This document shows, piece by piece, positions 36,081 through 49,835 of a DNA stretch of 64,000 nucleotides (its first letter is position 1; every line of letters starts with the position of its first letter). Source of the stretch: Lama glama. Lineage: Eukaryota. The translations under genes and the position numbers were made by a program. The notes beneath the pieces were generated by a model. It had not been told where the DNA came from, did no database searches, and saw only the letters and a list, made by a program, of their open reading frames with translations. Location of the stretch: positions 26,538,001 to 26,602,000 of the forward strand of contig CM052816.1 in assembly GCA_028534125.1 (NCBI GenBank), read 5' to 3'.

Positions 36081-38104
36081 CAAAGAAGCTGAGGTCAGTA
36101 TCACAGGATATAGTCTAGGAGCCCAGAATTTGCTTTCTCTTTGCTGGGTCCACTTTTGAGTTGTTCTGTATCTTTTAACATGCCTGTTTTTTTTTTTCCA
36201 CTGCTCTTTAATTTCCTAAGTTATAAAATACAGACACCTTCATGTGTTTCCTTGGAGCTGCTGGGAGGGCTGAAGAAAGCAACTGGGATGAGCTTGCAGG
36301 AAGGGGCCGTGGAAATGTGGGCGTGCTTAGAGGAGGACGCTATGGGGGGAGCTGAACGTCTTTCCCCCAGCCCCACTCCACACCTAGAGAAATCTCCACT
36401 TGCAAAATGATGCTTAAGCTAACCCTGAGACCCACCTCTGATGACAGGTATCTCCTCCAGACCCTGAACCTGGAAACATCTGGGTCATTTAAAACCCCAG
36501 TCAGCCTGCATCAGGAGCAGGCATTCTGAGTTCCATGGTGCCTCAGAGCAGACTAGAAAATGTTTTTCAACCTGGGCAGACTATTGCCGGAAAGAACTGA
36601 CAAATTTAGACAGGTCACTCATGTCAAATCACTCCACAGAGGTCAAAAACGATGACATCTGATTTATATGCAATCCAAATTGGATGCCAGTAATGCCTTC
36701 CAAGAAAACTCATTTTCTGGCTAAATCATAAGTATGTCAAAACCAGAGTCAGCTTCTGGTATTATAGCAAGTCTAAGCATGTTTAAACAAGAGAATGGAG
36801 TTCCTCTTAGCCAGACCATTATTCAATCTGCCCATCATTTATTGAGTTTCTCAAGGCTCCTCACAGGGGCCTTGAAGAAGAGGGACCTTACAATCACACA
36901 GCGTGGTCAGTAGAAAGTGCTTGATGCTTTGGAACACCTGGGACTGGGATGGGGACAGAGATCCCTGAGAATCAGGAGAGAAGTACATCATTATTTTATA
37001 CACAATGGTTCTGTCCACTATTATCTATGGCCTACTCAGTACCCCACAGTTTGTCCAGATGAACAGTACCTCCTCTCGAGAAGGGATGAAGCAGCAGATG
37101 AGCTGAGAAGAAAAGAGCGTCAAGTGCCTTGCACAGAGGAGGAAAGTGGAAAACTCAGCCCTCTACAACCACGGGGCAGCAAGCCCTGGGGAGAAGAAGC
37201 ATTGCATATACCACAGTCTTCTGGAGTTGTCCATGCCCCTCATACACAGCAACCTAAAGCAACATGATAGATGAGTCCTTGTCACATTGTGAGCTAGCAG
37301 TACATGTATTCCAGAACTTTCCACACACTGCTTTAACTTTGCCTGCAACGCAATTCCCTTACTATCTGCTCAGAATGCTTCCCCTTCCTGAAGCTCTACC
37401 TTGCCTTCCCTTCACGAGCCACCTGCTTTCCCATTTGGTCATCTTAGGACCAAGGTCACATTTCTCTGATGTTCTGGTCATTCCTGTAGTTATTACTCCA
37501 CAAGCCAGTCCTCCCCACAGATTTGGGAGTCCAGGAGGGGAGGCCCTGTTCTGGAGTGAGGTGTCTTTGAGTCAGGAGTTGGCATTAGAGTTTCCAACCT
37601 TCACTCCAGCACTGGAGGTAGATTTTATAGCTAACGGGTAGAGGTGTGGAGATTCACCCTTATTCTTCTGGGTTTAAAAAGGGAGCCTTTAATCATCATT
37701 CTGTGCTTACTGTCCTAACATTTTAGTATATGCTATGTCCCTTCCTTAACCCAAAAGAATCAATGAGGAGTTTGATCATCTACTAGAGAAAAGAACTGTA
37801 GGAAGATTCCCAGGTCCCACCACCCAGGTGTTTCCATACTTGGTCTGGGGATAGGATGGGCTCAGCTGTCAGAATAAAGGGCCCAATGGAGGGGAGGTCA
37901 GTGCCTCCAGGGTAATCCTGGGCATGTTATCTGAAGTCCTGGAGATCCCAGAAGTTTAGAAGCAGGAAGTACCTCCTTCAGTGGCCACAAGTCCTTGTCA
38001 CTGTGATGGGTGATGTTTGGGGCCCTGATATGTTTGTGATAACTACTTTGAAGTCTACCTGTTTTTTGTTTTTTCTACTCTATATGATGTGTGCTTACTG
38101 ATCA

Positions 38105-38165
38105 TTCTTTTTTTTTTCCCCAGAATATTTTTTTTTATTGAGTTATAGTCAGTTTACAATGTTGT
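38105..38165 (-). mobile_element. Very short young L1 3' terminus
   Basis: tttttttattgagttatagtcagtttacaatgttg with poly(T). Confidence 0.7.
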
Positions 38166-39739
38166 AAAGTTAAGTTTCCCCACAGCATGGATGCTCGAGG
38201 GTTACTAAAAGCAGTCAGTGATTATTTTCAAATCTGTAAACATACTTTTTCTGGACCACTTTATCAAGCTTCATAACTGGGACTGAGTTTTCCTGAATGG
38301 TTTTTACACAGTTTGAAAATGTCTTTCCACACACAGTGTAATGGAAAAAAAAATCCACACAAATAAGAAGTCCTGCTGGCAGGTGTTTTAACAGCTCTAA
38401 AATTATAAACCCAAGAGCTCATTCTCCTATCTTTAAAAATGACCAGGCCCTGGGGGCCCCTGTTATTGTTTTCTCAGTTCTATTAATAGACATCCTTAGC
38501 TGGTGCCCTGCAATGCATAGTACGTGGCATGTTTTATGGAAACAGTAACACAGACTATTTTGAAAGTTTTCCTTTCCTCCAGACTTGACATTACATGTTT
38601 GATCAGAAGTCATCATAATTTATACTTTTTTTTTTTAGTACAAGCTACTTGTTTTAGTTTCTCAAAGTGGGGAATGTCAGTGCAGAGAAAGGTCTACTTG
38701 TGAGTTAAAACCCTCTGAAACACAGAACATGTTTGATCCTTGAAAACGGTTCCAAAAGTCTGTTTGGTTTCCCTCTTCAAAGTGGTCAAATGCAAGCTGA
38801 ACATGTTTCCTGTGAAAACTCCACTGCTGTCTGTCATCTCCTGGGCTTGATAAACACAGACAAGAACTGAAAACTACTGACTCAGCTCAGACAACCAGTC
38901 AGTCCATCCCAATTTGCAGAGAATTAATTAATTTGTTGAAAAATTTCTACAAAGAGCTAAAAATTCAAAAAAAGCCACCTACCTTTTACACTAGCCCATT
39001 GGTCCTCCAACCTCCTAGTTTCTTATGTGTCCTTCTAATAATATTCCATGCATATAATAAACATTGGTAGCCTACTTTACATGCATTTTAAATCCCGCTT
39101 TCCTCACTACATGGTGTGTTTTGGAGATGGTGTCTTATTAGCACCTATAACTCTACAGAAACATTTTTTAAGGCTGCTTAGTATCTCACGTGTATTTAAC
39201 AAGCCTGCTTTTAATGGGCATGGAGGCCACTGCGTGTCTTCAGCTGCTGTAATCAGTGCTTAGCGAAGCCCGCTTCCCAGGGACAGGCAGACCTCTGGAA
39301 GAACGGAGGAGGAGGGTGGGTAAAGCATGAATACCACAGAGAAGCAGCGCTGCCTCCACGGGGAAGAGGAAGCCCTGCGAAGTGAAGGACAGGGTACACT
39401 TTTGTTTGGAGATTTTGTCTTTATAGCTATGCGGCTGCCACACTAACATGGTTTTAAAATCAGTGAGAAAAATACAGTAATTTCACTCTTTGTGACCTCA
39501 AAAGTATGCAGTAGTTGGTCCTGAAGCCAAGAAGTTCTGTTACAGGATTTTTAGTGAAAATAGTGACCTTTGCATATTCATTTATTTCTCATTTTCCTTT
39601 GTTTGGTGTTTAATACACAAAATCACCAACTCTACTAGTTACCCAGAGCCACTTTTTTGTGTTGTTCAGAGTATTTCAAACAGAAAACAAATCATTGTTT
39701 ATTTCAGCATTTTAAAATTCAAAATTATACCCCCAATAA

Positions 39740-40320
39740 AGCAAATATTGAACATGAATCTAATCAAACCTCTAAATCGAATTACTGAAATACAGAAGAT
39801 ATGGGGAGAAATGATTGAGTCTGCACCATGAAGAAGTACTCGGCTAAATCAGAACAGGAGGCATTCCACAAGACAAGTAATTCAGCTTTTTCCATAAATT
39901 TATACCACAGAAAAAGATAGCGAATCAGGTATGTTCTAGAATAAGAGACTTAGGAGAAGCAAAAACCCAAAACACAAACGGAATTTGAATTTTGATTCAA
40001 GTTATCTGTAAACAAACACCTTCTTTGAGACAATTGGGAAAACAATATGACCTGAGTATTAGATAATAAGAAATTGTTAGTTTCATCAGGAGAAATACTG
40101 CTCTGGTGAGTATGTTAAAAAAAAAAAGTGCTTAAACAGAGATGCATACTAAAATATTACAATATTTGTCAGGGAAAGGATATGAGGTCTGGGATTTGTT
40201 TTAGAATAGCCCAGGAAAAAACGCCAGAGGAGATACGTGAAACACGATTAAGAGGAATCACTGATAACTGCTGAAGCTGGGCGATGGGTACGTGAGATTT
40301 ATTACACTACCCTTTGAATT
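39740..40320 (+). mobile_element. L1MC4-like 3' end
   Basis: aatctaatcaaacctcta; gataactgctgaagctgggcgatgggtac. Confidence 0.65.
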
Positions 40321-40329
40321 TTAAGGTAC

Positions 40330-40727
40330 TGTGCGAGTTCACCAGGCCTGCTGTAATAGAGTACCATGGGTGGCTTAAGCAATTCAGTGGCTTAAACAAC
40401 AGAAATTTATTGCTTACAGTTCTGGAGATGGAAGTCCACGACCAAGGTGCCAGCAGGGTTGGTTTCATTCTGAGGCCTCTGTCCTTGGCTCGTAGGTGAC
40501 TGTCCTCTCTCTCCGCCTTCACATCGTCTTCCTTCTGGGTGTTTCCTCCTTCCTTATAAGCGTTTGGGTCAAACTGAAATAGACCCGCCCCAATGACCTG
40601 ATTTAACCTTAATTACCACCTTAAAGGCCCACTCTCAAAGTGCAGTCATACTCTAAGGTACTGAAAGTTAAGACTTCAACACATGAATTTGTTGAGGGGT
40701 ATGGGGGATACAGTTCAGCCCATAGTA
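40330..40727 (-). mobile_element. MaLR LTR (MLT1A/B-like)
   Basis: ggcttaaacaacagaaatttattgcttacagttctggag...cagttcagcccata; 5-bp TSD ggtac/ggtgc. Confidence 0.85.
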
Positions 40728-41136
40728 GGTGCCTGTGGACATTTCCACAGTGAAAAAGTTCTATAAGTAAAAGAAACGCTGGCTTGTATAAGAGGCAGTT
40801 TTTCACGGGCGGCTTTTCGGCTAATCCACAAGTAACGTCAGGTGAGCCAGATCTGCTCCCTGCTCCTCTCCAACAGAAGCACACAGCCGCTGACTACAAC
40901 CCAGATCAGCTGAGGTGTTTCAGTTATTTGATAAACACAACAGACCTCAAGCTCTAAGAACCCACTTTTGGAGGATTATGTGTTTTTTGGTTTGGAAAGG
41001 TCACTGCAAGGTTGGGAAGCGTTCGCACTCTGAGAGGAGCCCAGCTCTTCCCATAGAGCCTGGTGTATGAGGCAAACTGATGTATTAAAGGGATGGGTTG
41101 TATCTGTTTAGCTCCCGTTTTTAAAAAAACAAACCT

Positions 41137-41196
41137 TTATGCTGTACACCAGAAATTAACACATTATAACTAATTACACTTCAATTAAAAAAAAAT
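41137..41196 (+). mobile_element. Very short young L1 3' terminus
   Basis: atgctgtacaccagaaattaacacattataactaattacacttcaattaaaaaaaaa. Confidence 0.75.
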
Positions 41197-42454
41197 CTAA
41201 TTACCTCCCCCCCAAAATTTTTTTTTAAAAACCACAAAAACCAAAAAAAACTTAATGGACTTCTTTAACCCTACCACCCACTTTTTTTCCTTCCTGTACT
41301 TCTTGCCCCTCCCCCTCTTAAAAAGTAAACCCAATGGCCATTTGTATAAATTTTATATCACAAATAAATGTCAGACATCCAGGTGTCAGTCTTTTAGAAA
41401 CACATACAGTTTTCTTGATATTATATAAGACTTCTTTTGTGTAGCAAAAAGGTACATATGTTCATTTGTACCTGCAAATACTCAGGTGTGTGGAAAGAGG
41501 CACACTGGGCCCCAGGTGTTGGCTCTCTGGGGAATGAGATGTGATTGAAGGCAGGGAGAGTCAGATGGAAATCGCGTTTTGCTTTCTACAAATTTATACC
41601 CTGATATATACCCTACAATTTATACCCTGATAACTCCAGATAAGCAGGTGTTTATTCTTATAACACAAAGCATCAAAGTGACAGTTACGCAAATATTAGA
41701 CGATCACAGGAAATGTTCAAAATGCTGAGTGATAAACAGGAGACAAAACTGAATCCGCAAAATAGGAAAAATTCATATGACAAAAGGAACTGAATGCTCT
41801 CACATGACAATAGTTTGTGATTTGATGATGGTATTATAGGGGATTTTTTTTTCTCTGCTACCTAAATTCTCTGCCATCTGCTTGCATGGCTTTTCCATTT
41901 CAAAATGATTGCAACAAAATAAAGTAAGCATACCAATTTAGTTGACTTCAGCTAAAAATCCCAAATCCACATATACCCCAGCAGTGGGTGCATGACGAGC
42001 AAACCAGAGTGAGAAGGCGGCGGCTGACCCAGAAACCTGGACTCAAGAGGAAAAGGTTCTCAGAGGCTCGTACCTTGGCCACCCAGCCTCAGTGAGAGGT
42101 CTCAACTGAGCATCCAGAGAACCAGCTTTTTACCTTGACAGTTCTGAAAAACGACGTGATTTCTTCTTGTCTCAAGTCTATGTGTTCTCAGTGATTTCTC
42201 ATAAATCATGGCTCACTTATTTTCTCCTATAGTCCTGTTCCTCTCATTCTCTCTGGCCCTTAACACAGGCCATACTCCTCTCCATACCCCCTCAAATCCT
42301 TACACGTGTCATCTAGAACTGTCCCACCCTGATCTAAAGCCCTCCTGCATCCTCAGTCTTCTCTCATCAACCCATCTACTCTCTGCCTTCATCAAACCTG
42401 GCAATTTTGCCTGACTTCCCCATAGGGATCTCAAGGGGATGGTTTTTTTTCTCT

Positions 42455-42632
42455 TGAATGTTCATAACAGTGTTATTCACACAAAAAATGGAAACAATCC
42501 AAATGTTCATCACTTGGTGAATTAGTGGTGATAGCTGCACAACTTTGTGAATATAGTAAAAGCCACCAAATTGCACACTTAAAAGGGGTGAATATTTTAG
42601 TATACACATTACCGATATCTCAATTTTAAAAA
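42455..42632 (+). mobile_element. Old L1 3' fragments
   Basis: tggaaacaatccaaatgttcatca; gcacaactttgtgaatatagtaaaagccacc. Confidence 0.65.
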
Positions 42633-42729
42633 TCACATCAGGGGCCAGGAAGGGCGAGGTTTTTTATTCCCTAGTGTCCTACCCATTGGCCCTACCTTTG
42701 CCTCCCGTGACACTGCCACTCTCAAACCA

Positions 42730-44045
42730 CTATGCCTCCCAAATATGTTTGTCTTCCAGCCAGGACCCTCTTCTGAGTTCCAGATCTACATATCCCCCAG
42801 CCTCCTTAACAGATCTTCTACTGGGATGTTTCATAAGCACTGAGAACACAAAACATCCCAAATCTGATCCTTCATTTTCTTTCCATGAGCCCACTTTTCT
42901 AGTGCTTTCCGTCCTGGTAAAAGGATCTATTTGTGCCCCAAACCTGGAACTCCTTTTCCTTTATTCCCATATACAAAATATCACCAAGTTTGGTGGACTC
43001 ATTCTTGAATATCCCTGGGTCCAGCCACCATGCTTCCCTTTACTCCCCATCCCAGTCTAAGCCACTCTTACCTCTTACATAGACTATTGCAATCACCTCC
43101 AACCTGGTCTCCACACATCTTCTCATGCCTCTCTCCCAGCTGGTCCCCACAAAGCACTCCTACGTGCCTAACACAGAGAAATGGTCACATTCTCCTAGAG
43201 ATATCTCGTATGTAAGCCTTTTTGCTCACAGGCTGAAGCCCGAGTGCCTTAAAGCTCTATAAAGCTTTTTATAATCTGCCTACACTCCAGCCTCCATCCT
43301 ACCCCAAATATTTAATGAGAAGACTAAAACAGAAATGGAACCTGCCTTAGGGGAATAAACAAGTAAACAAACAGACATGACCATGACAAGGGCTAGGATA
43401 GAAATGAACAGATTCTGAGAACAGGGAAGAGCTGACCTCTCTGAGATGGTTGATAAGGAAAGACCTCTGGGAAGAGACAATAGTTAGGCTGATTCCAGAA
43501 GTATGAGGAGGTACTGGGCATTGGGAGACAAGAAGAAAGTATTTTAGCACCTGCAAAGTCTTAAGGTTAAAATACGAGACATGAGAAAGAGAGGGCACTG
43601 TGGCAGAAGTAGAGGGAGTCACAGGATGGCACAGGATGAAGCTGGGGATTTAGGCAGGGCCTCGTCTCCACGATCAGGGAAGGAGCTGGAATGTTATTCT
43701 AAGGACAACGGGAACCACACTCCTTTCACCGATTGTATTCCAGTCTCGCTGGGGCTCTCATTTCTTTGAAGGCTTCTACATCATTCCTAGTCAGGGCCAT
43801 CCAAACCTGATGCTCTCCTGCCTGTGAAGCCAGTTTCTTCTTTTGTCAACTGGCTGATGCCAAAGCAGTGGCCATGCCTGGCCTCTCAGCTGAGGTCAGA
43901 CTCTGAGGTCACAGAGTCACATCTACCTGCATTTCTCACTGGTGGCACTTATCATGACAGGAATGGATTCTGTGTCTGTTTATCTACCCCAAGGACTGAG
44001 TACAGGCTAGGTACTTTAAAAATATTTTTCAATAAATGAATAAAT
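42730..44045. mobile_element. Cluster of L2 fragments (+ 42730-43280, - 43320-43715, + 43890-44045)
   Basis: ctctttctgagttccaga-type and gactattgcaatcacctcc motifs; aataaatgaataaat tail. Confidence 0.6.
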
Positions 44046-44949
44046 ACACACATCTGTGAAAATTAAGGCAAACTTAGAGTTTGTTTGACCGAGGCTGACA
44101 ATGACCATAGACACTTGAAAGTTGGAAGAGATTCAGAACCCACTAAGTCAAGCCAGTTGGTTCGCTGATGAAGGGTGGGTCCAGAGAGAAGCTACACATC
44201 CAGAGTCACTGAGCTTCCCAGCATGACCCGCTTCTGGACCCAGAGATAAGCCCTCACATTTTTCTCACTGAACTCTGTGGGACTTGAATAAGGTCCTGGG
44301 GGAAGTGAATTCCTCGACACAAACTTTTTCTGGCTGCGAATAACTGACTAAGCAAGGAAAAATAATGTCGACAGCATTAGTATTTCACTGATGGATTTAG
44401 TTACAAAGATTAAAGTGTCAGCTTGGTCAGGTTTCAGCATGTCTGGTCTGACACTAGTTTTAGAGTGAAGGTAAATACGTACAGAGCTGGCTCCGTGACG
44501 AGTCGGGGAGTAGGGTCCCATGAGTCTCTCTCTCTCAGAACCTTGGTTCAGTTTGTCACGGTGGGTCTGATTGGCTCCAGAGAGGCCCCCAGCTAGAAAG
44601 AATAACAGGGGTGTGCAGTTTGGGCCTGAGACCTGTTGGCACCAAAGTGTGGGAAAAGCTCTCACAAGACCTGCCCACAGTTAGCCTGGTCCAGACCGAG
44701 GTTATTAATCTTTCATGTCCCCAAACACTCAAATCACAGAGTTTTGAAAAGGAAAAATAAAGTGGGATGGCAGGAAGGCAGTGTGGTAGAGTAGGAGAAA
44801 CAACAGAAGGTGACTTGGGAGCCTGGCCGCCTGGAGCTTCTCAACCAGAACCAGGTGATGGCCAAGCCATAGACCAGCTTGTTGACTAGATTTGAGGATT
44901 CTGAATTCTGCTCAAATCTGACAGATCTGAACATATTTTCAGGCAGTGG

Positions 44950-45150
44950 GGGTAGTTTTATGATCATGGAGTCAGACTGTCTAAATTCCAATCTGGGCTT
45001 TATCGTATATTTGCTGTCTGCGCTGAACCTCTTTGTGCCTCAGTTTCCTAATCTGTAAAATGGGCCTCATAGGGTTGTTTTGAAGTTACAGGGCTACTCT
45101 ATTAAAATGGCTAGATCATAGTAAGTGCTCAATAAATATTTGCTATCACT
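44950..45150 (+). mobile_element. MIR SINE
   Basis: ggagtcagactg...gcctcagtttccctaatctgtaaaatggg...agtaagtgctcaataaata. Confidence 0.85.
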
Positions 45151-47594
45151 GGTATTGTCTTCTGACATAGGGAAAGCACGCCCAGAAAAGAAGTAAACCA
45201 CAGAGAACCAAAGGCTCATGATCGCTTACCCAGAGTAGAAGAAAGATAGTCCCTCAGCTGCCATCTGTACTCAAATGATGTCAAGGGGTATGGTGCTCAG
45301 AACATACATAAATCAACAGTTCCCCAAGTGTTCATACACCACGATTTCAGTTTTGCAAAATTCCATACAAAACCCATCGTTATTGTATTGATAAGGAATG
45401 GCAAGGAGGCGCACAAAAGAATGTTAGCTCAGCTTATCTCTGGGGGGAGATGATGATATTACCTGTGGTTTCTGTTTTCTATTTTATTTCTTATTTGCCT
45501 GTTTGTGTTTTCTAAATTTGTTCAACAAACAAGTATTACTCCATGAAAACTATTTTTTTTTAATGTACAGGTCAGAGGAGAGGGGAAGACATGCATAAAT
45601 CAAATGTCTGTCAGTGACTTTATTATGTTTATAGATTTCTCATCGTCCAGGACGCTGAATCACTCTGATTTTGTACCTTTCCATTTGGAAGTTGTTTGTA
45701 GAACTGTTTCTGGGCTTCCAGTCACAGAACAAAACTAAAACTGAACAAGTGACATGTCAGTGGGAAACTGAAACATGGAAAGGGTGCTCGTGATAATAAT
45801 TACTTCTTAAATGAATGAATGAGATACTGTCAGTAGAATGTTCATGACATGGCAAATGACAGTACACAGTACAGAGAGCAAGACTCACTCTCCTTAACAT
45901 GACTCCCAGAGTGATTCCAGTGTTGCAGGAACACACGCAGACGCACATGCGCGCGTGCGCACGCACTTGCATGCTATGCCGCACTGTGAATTTCTCTGGG
46001 CCTTAACAGCCTGTAGGTACAAATGGAGTTACATTAATGGTAATAATTCAGATTGCACCCGTGCTTGTCCCTACCTGTTTAACTCAGAATCCCCTAAAAA
46101 TAATGAGGTCAACGGATAATGAGAAAGTAGAGGCAAATGCAAAAAGAAAATAATGTGCTGCTATCTTTAAAGTGGCTATTCTCAGGTGATTTTAAACATA
46201 TCAGACTTTCAACAAAACTTTCAAGATGTACTCTTTGGAAAGGCTATTACATTTCTCTGCTTCTTTGAAATCTAATAGTGGTGACCGTGCAGGTGTACAT
46301 GTCTCCTCTCCTGCACACTTTGTGTCCTTCAGCCAGTCTCTCCCTGGAAGGCAGTGGACAGTTAAATGTTTTCTATCTCCCATGGCCCTAGGTCAGCACT
46401 GGGCACATGTCACAGAATAAACAAATTTTCAGTCTGCAGAAAAGCTTCAAAATCTCTCCTGCCCTTTGGCCTCACGATGTGTCCTGGACTGTCCAAAGCC
46501 AGACTGTCATTTCATGGCGAGACCGGGACTCTTTTTGCTAATACTGGGCAATTTTTGTTTCTCTGCACAAAATACTTGTTCATTGAAACAGAAGCCAGGA
46601 GTGGTAGCTGGGGATGCACCAAATAATTTCACTCACAAACCCTCCATCCTTCTTCCCCTCAGTAATCTGAGAAATAGAGTGGATCGCACTGAACTGAAAG
46701 ATTTAATGAGTAAAAGAACTTCTGGCTTTCAACACCTTGTTTCTTCTGAAATATTTTAAGCAATGTTTTGGGACAAAGGAAGGGTGAAGACAGGTAAATA
46801 AAGAGTTGAATTCAGTTCTCCTGCTCCTATTCATGTGAAGCATTTTATTAAACTGCTGCAGCTGATCTAGAAAAGCCTAGAGCCCCCCAGGCTCACTCTT
46901 TGCTTTGTGATGGCTTCCCCGTGGCTTCCGCACTGACCCTCCAGTGCCAGCTCACCACCACTTATCCCTGGAAGAGGCCTGCCTCAGCGCATTAATGAAA
47001 TCACTAATGTCTGGCCATATACACACTAATACCACTGTTTCGAGAATGACATTTATATTATGCTCTGCCTCCTGTATCTTTCATGAGGTAGTTTTTAATG
47101 TGTCACTAAAACATACTGGATAACACTCTTTATTAGCCCCCAGATACCCCAGCCCATCAATACCTGTCCAGCCTGATGAGATCATACTATGGTTCTTAAT
47201 CAGAGTGAAAGAAAGCATGAAATACCTTTATTAAAAAATCAATTAAAAACCGGTTGCCCCAGGTAAACAAAAAGCATCATCAGGCCATGAAACAAGGACA
47301 AATAATGAAATAAAGTGACAGGAGGCACAGCTCAGGAGAAGGCCTGGAGATGACTGGTCACTTCTGTGCAGGGCGGTTTTCTTTTTGTTTTGTTTTAGAC
47401 AAAACTCTTTCATTCAGATATATACATGCAGCCACTTATTCTCATGTGCTCTGAATGGTTTCTCTGGGAGCAGGGATGGACTGGTACAGAATCTCTGACA
47501 GACACACCTGGACTTCAATATCCCTAGCCCCAGGGAGGAGGCCTGCCTGACTTTAGCAGGGTGGCACAAGCCTTGGATTTCTGCTTCAGCATCA

Positions 47595-47710
47595 GAGGAG
47601 GTGGTTTGAAGTCCAGATTTGAGGGTCCCATTCCCAGAGAGCCCATGAATCTGCATTTTTAAGCAAGCATTCCAATGGGTATCATGTAAAACTAAAGGCT
47701 GAGAAGCACT
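47595..47710. mobile_element. MER5-like hAT-Charlie MITE fragment
   Basis: gaatctgcatttttaagcaagc...gagaagcact. Confidence 0.55.
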
Positions 47711-47754
47711 CTTGTAAGAGGTGTAATCTCTGGGCCTAAAATCCTTCAGGAAGA

Positions 47755-48030
47755 GAGTTCAGATGCTTAGGTCTTTAAATGAATACACCCATGTAACAAC
47801 CCATTCCAACCAACACATGGAACATTTTCCTCCCCCCAGAAAAGATCTCTCAGCCCCACTGCAGTCCTGCCTCTCTGCCTGCCCAGGCAACCACTGATCT
47901 GATTCTAACCGCCAAATGTGGATTAGAGAGGTTCTAGAACTTTGTATAAAGTATGGAATCATATTCTTTTGTGTCTTCCTTCTGTTGAGCAATGACATGT
48001 CTTTGGGATTTCCTTATATAACAAATGTTA
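47755..48030 (-). mobile_element. L1ME-like 3' end fragment
   Basis: acacccatgtaacaacc; ggcaaccactgatctg; ttctagaactttgtataaagtatggaatcata. Confidence 0.7.
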
Positions 48031-48062
48031 GCAGTTCTGGGCCACATGTACCTGATTTCAGC

Positions 48063-48117
48063 TACTATCACCACCATCATCATTACCATCATCACCACCA
48101 CCACCACCATCATCATA
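48063..48117 (+). repeat. (CAC/CAT)n trinucleotide repeat
   Basis: catcaccaccatcatcattaccatcatcaccaccacc. Confidence 0.9.
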
Positions 48118-49679
48118 AATATCGTGCTATCCTCTGAAGACTTTTTATTATTATTTTGGTTTTCTTCGCTATTCAAAAATAACTGGAATAAATATGGTGA
48201 CCACACGCCTGGCAAGATACTTTTTTGGCAGGATGAAGTGTTGGAAGGTTCAACTACATTAGAGAAATCCTGAGACATCAGACACCAGATGGTTGATTCA
48301 CCTGACGGCGGCGTGGCTCCCCACAGACACTGACCACTGGCGCTCCATGACTCTGACCACAGCAATTTATCATGATTTCCCAGACAGCCAGGACACAATC
48401 GTTATACGAATATTCCTGCTTAAATCATACTCGTTCACAAAGCTCATGAGTAACGGAGCCAGATTCCCTCAGATATGGGGAGAAACCCTTAGTTTGAGAG
48501 CAGTTCTTCCCACATCTCAACTTCCAGAAGGTGGGCCATGGAGTTGCAAGCGTTCTCTTTAATTGCTTTCCAGGTCTAATTACGACCCTTAGGATACAGT
48601 TATTTAGACAAATAGGGAGAACAGGATAGGACACAAATACTCCTGTCTTCATTTCTTGTTCGGTTGGGATTCTTTATATGGAAATGTAGATAGAAACTTG
48701 TGTCAGATTTATTTTATTACTTACGTATTTATTTTTGTCGTGAAGGTTTTCAACCTGAAGTCCCTGCAGAGCAGAGCAGAAACTCTTTCCAGGAAAATTA
48801 AATCTAGGCCTAAAAAAATATGTGGCACTAAGCTCTATTTAGTAAGGTATTCCCCTGATAGAAAAGCCCAACATTAGACACTAGACATTATGCCTTGCTT
48901 GGAAAAATAACATTCATATTAAATAGTTTGCATTTGGAAGAAAAAAGGAGAGCAGGAAACAAGAAAAAAAAAAAAGCAGAAGTCCCGAGTAAGGGCAACT
49001 TTTCTCTGTCGTGTTGATGGCGACAGAACAAAGTGGTTCATGAGAAGGACATAATATTTCATTCCATGGCAACCAAGGTCTGAGACAGTGATGGAACAGA
49101 AAGAGAGCTGAGGAGTCAGAAACCTCTGTGTGAACTCTTGGAACAAGCACTCTGAGGTCCTGCCAGTCCCCTGCACTTATGGTTAGTTTGGAAGAATCTC
49201 TTTGCTTTGCTCTTAGTACATAATTTCGTGGCCATTTCTCTTCATTAATTTGTTCACTTACTATCTACTTGGTGCCAGTTTTGCGCCAGGTGCTGGGCAA
49301 GCTGCAGGCGTCTTCTGGCTATGTCTTGAAAAATAAAGAATCTCATTTTCCTGTGGAATGGTAGACATGCTGATTTCCCCAAAATTTTGTTTTGGCTCTA
49401 TTTTAAACTTTGTAGGATTATTTTTTTCTCTCCAAGAGATATAACTGTAGGGTTTGATTTGTGTCTAGTTCCTACGTGGTCCCCAGGACATTATGTTTAG
49501 TGTATCTTATTCCGTATCTTGTCTCCCTGTGATTTGATCTCTTTGATAGTAGGGGATGGGTTTTGTTTATCTTTATTTCCCCAGAGTTTAGCAGAGGGCC
49601 CAGGATCCAAAATTACTCAAAAAATTCTTTGATAGATGAATGAACAGAAACAGTGAATAAAAACTTTACACAAAGTAAT

Positions 49680-49835
49680 GCAATTAAGAATCACCTGGAG
49701 AGCTAATCTGAAATACTCATTCCGTGGTGGGCCCTCCAGGAAACCTGAATTAGGTCGGGATAGGTCTCAGGAAAGTAAGTATTAAATAAGCTCCCTAGGT
49801 TGCTGTATGATGGAGCACATTTGGGAAACACTGCT
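49680..49835. mobile_element. MER5A-like MITE
   Basis: agaatcacctggagagct...tttgggaaacactg. Confidence 0.6.

Noticed and set aside
47916..48398. Poly-His / poly-Thr / poly-Val ORFs
   Set aside because: Translations of a (CAC/CAT)n microsatellite next to an L1 fragment
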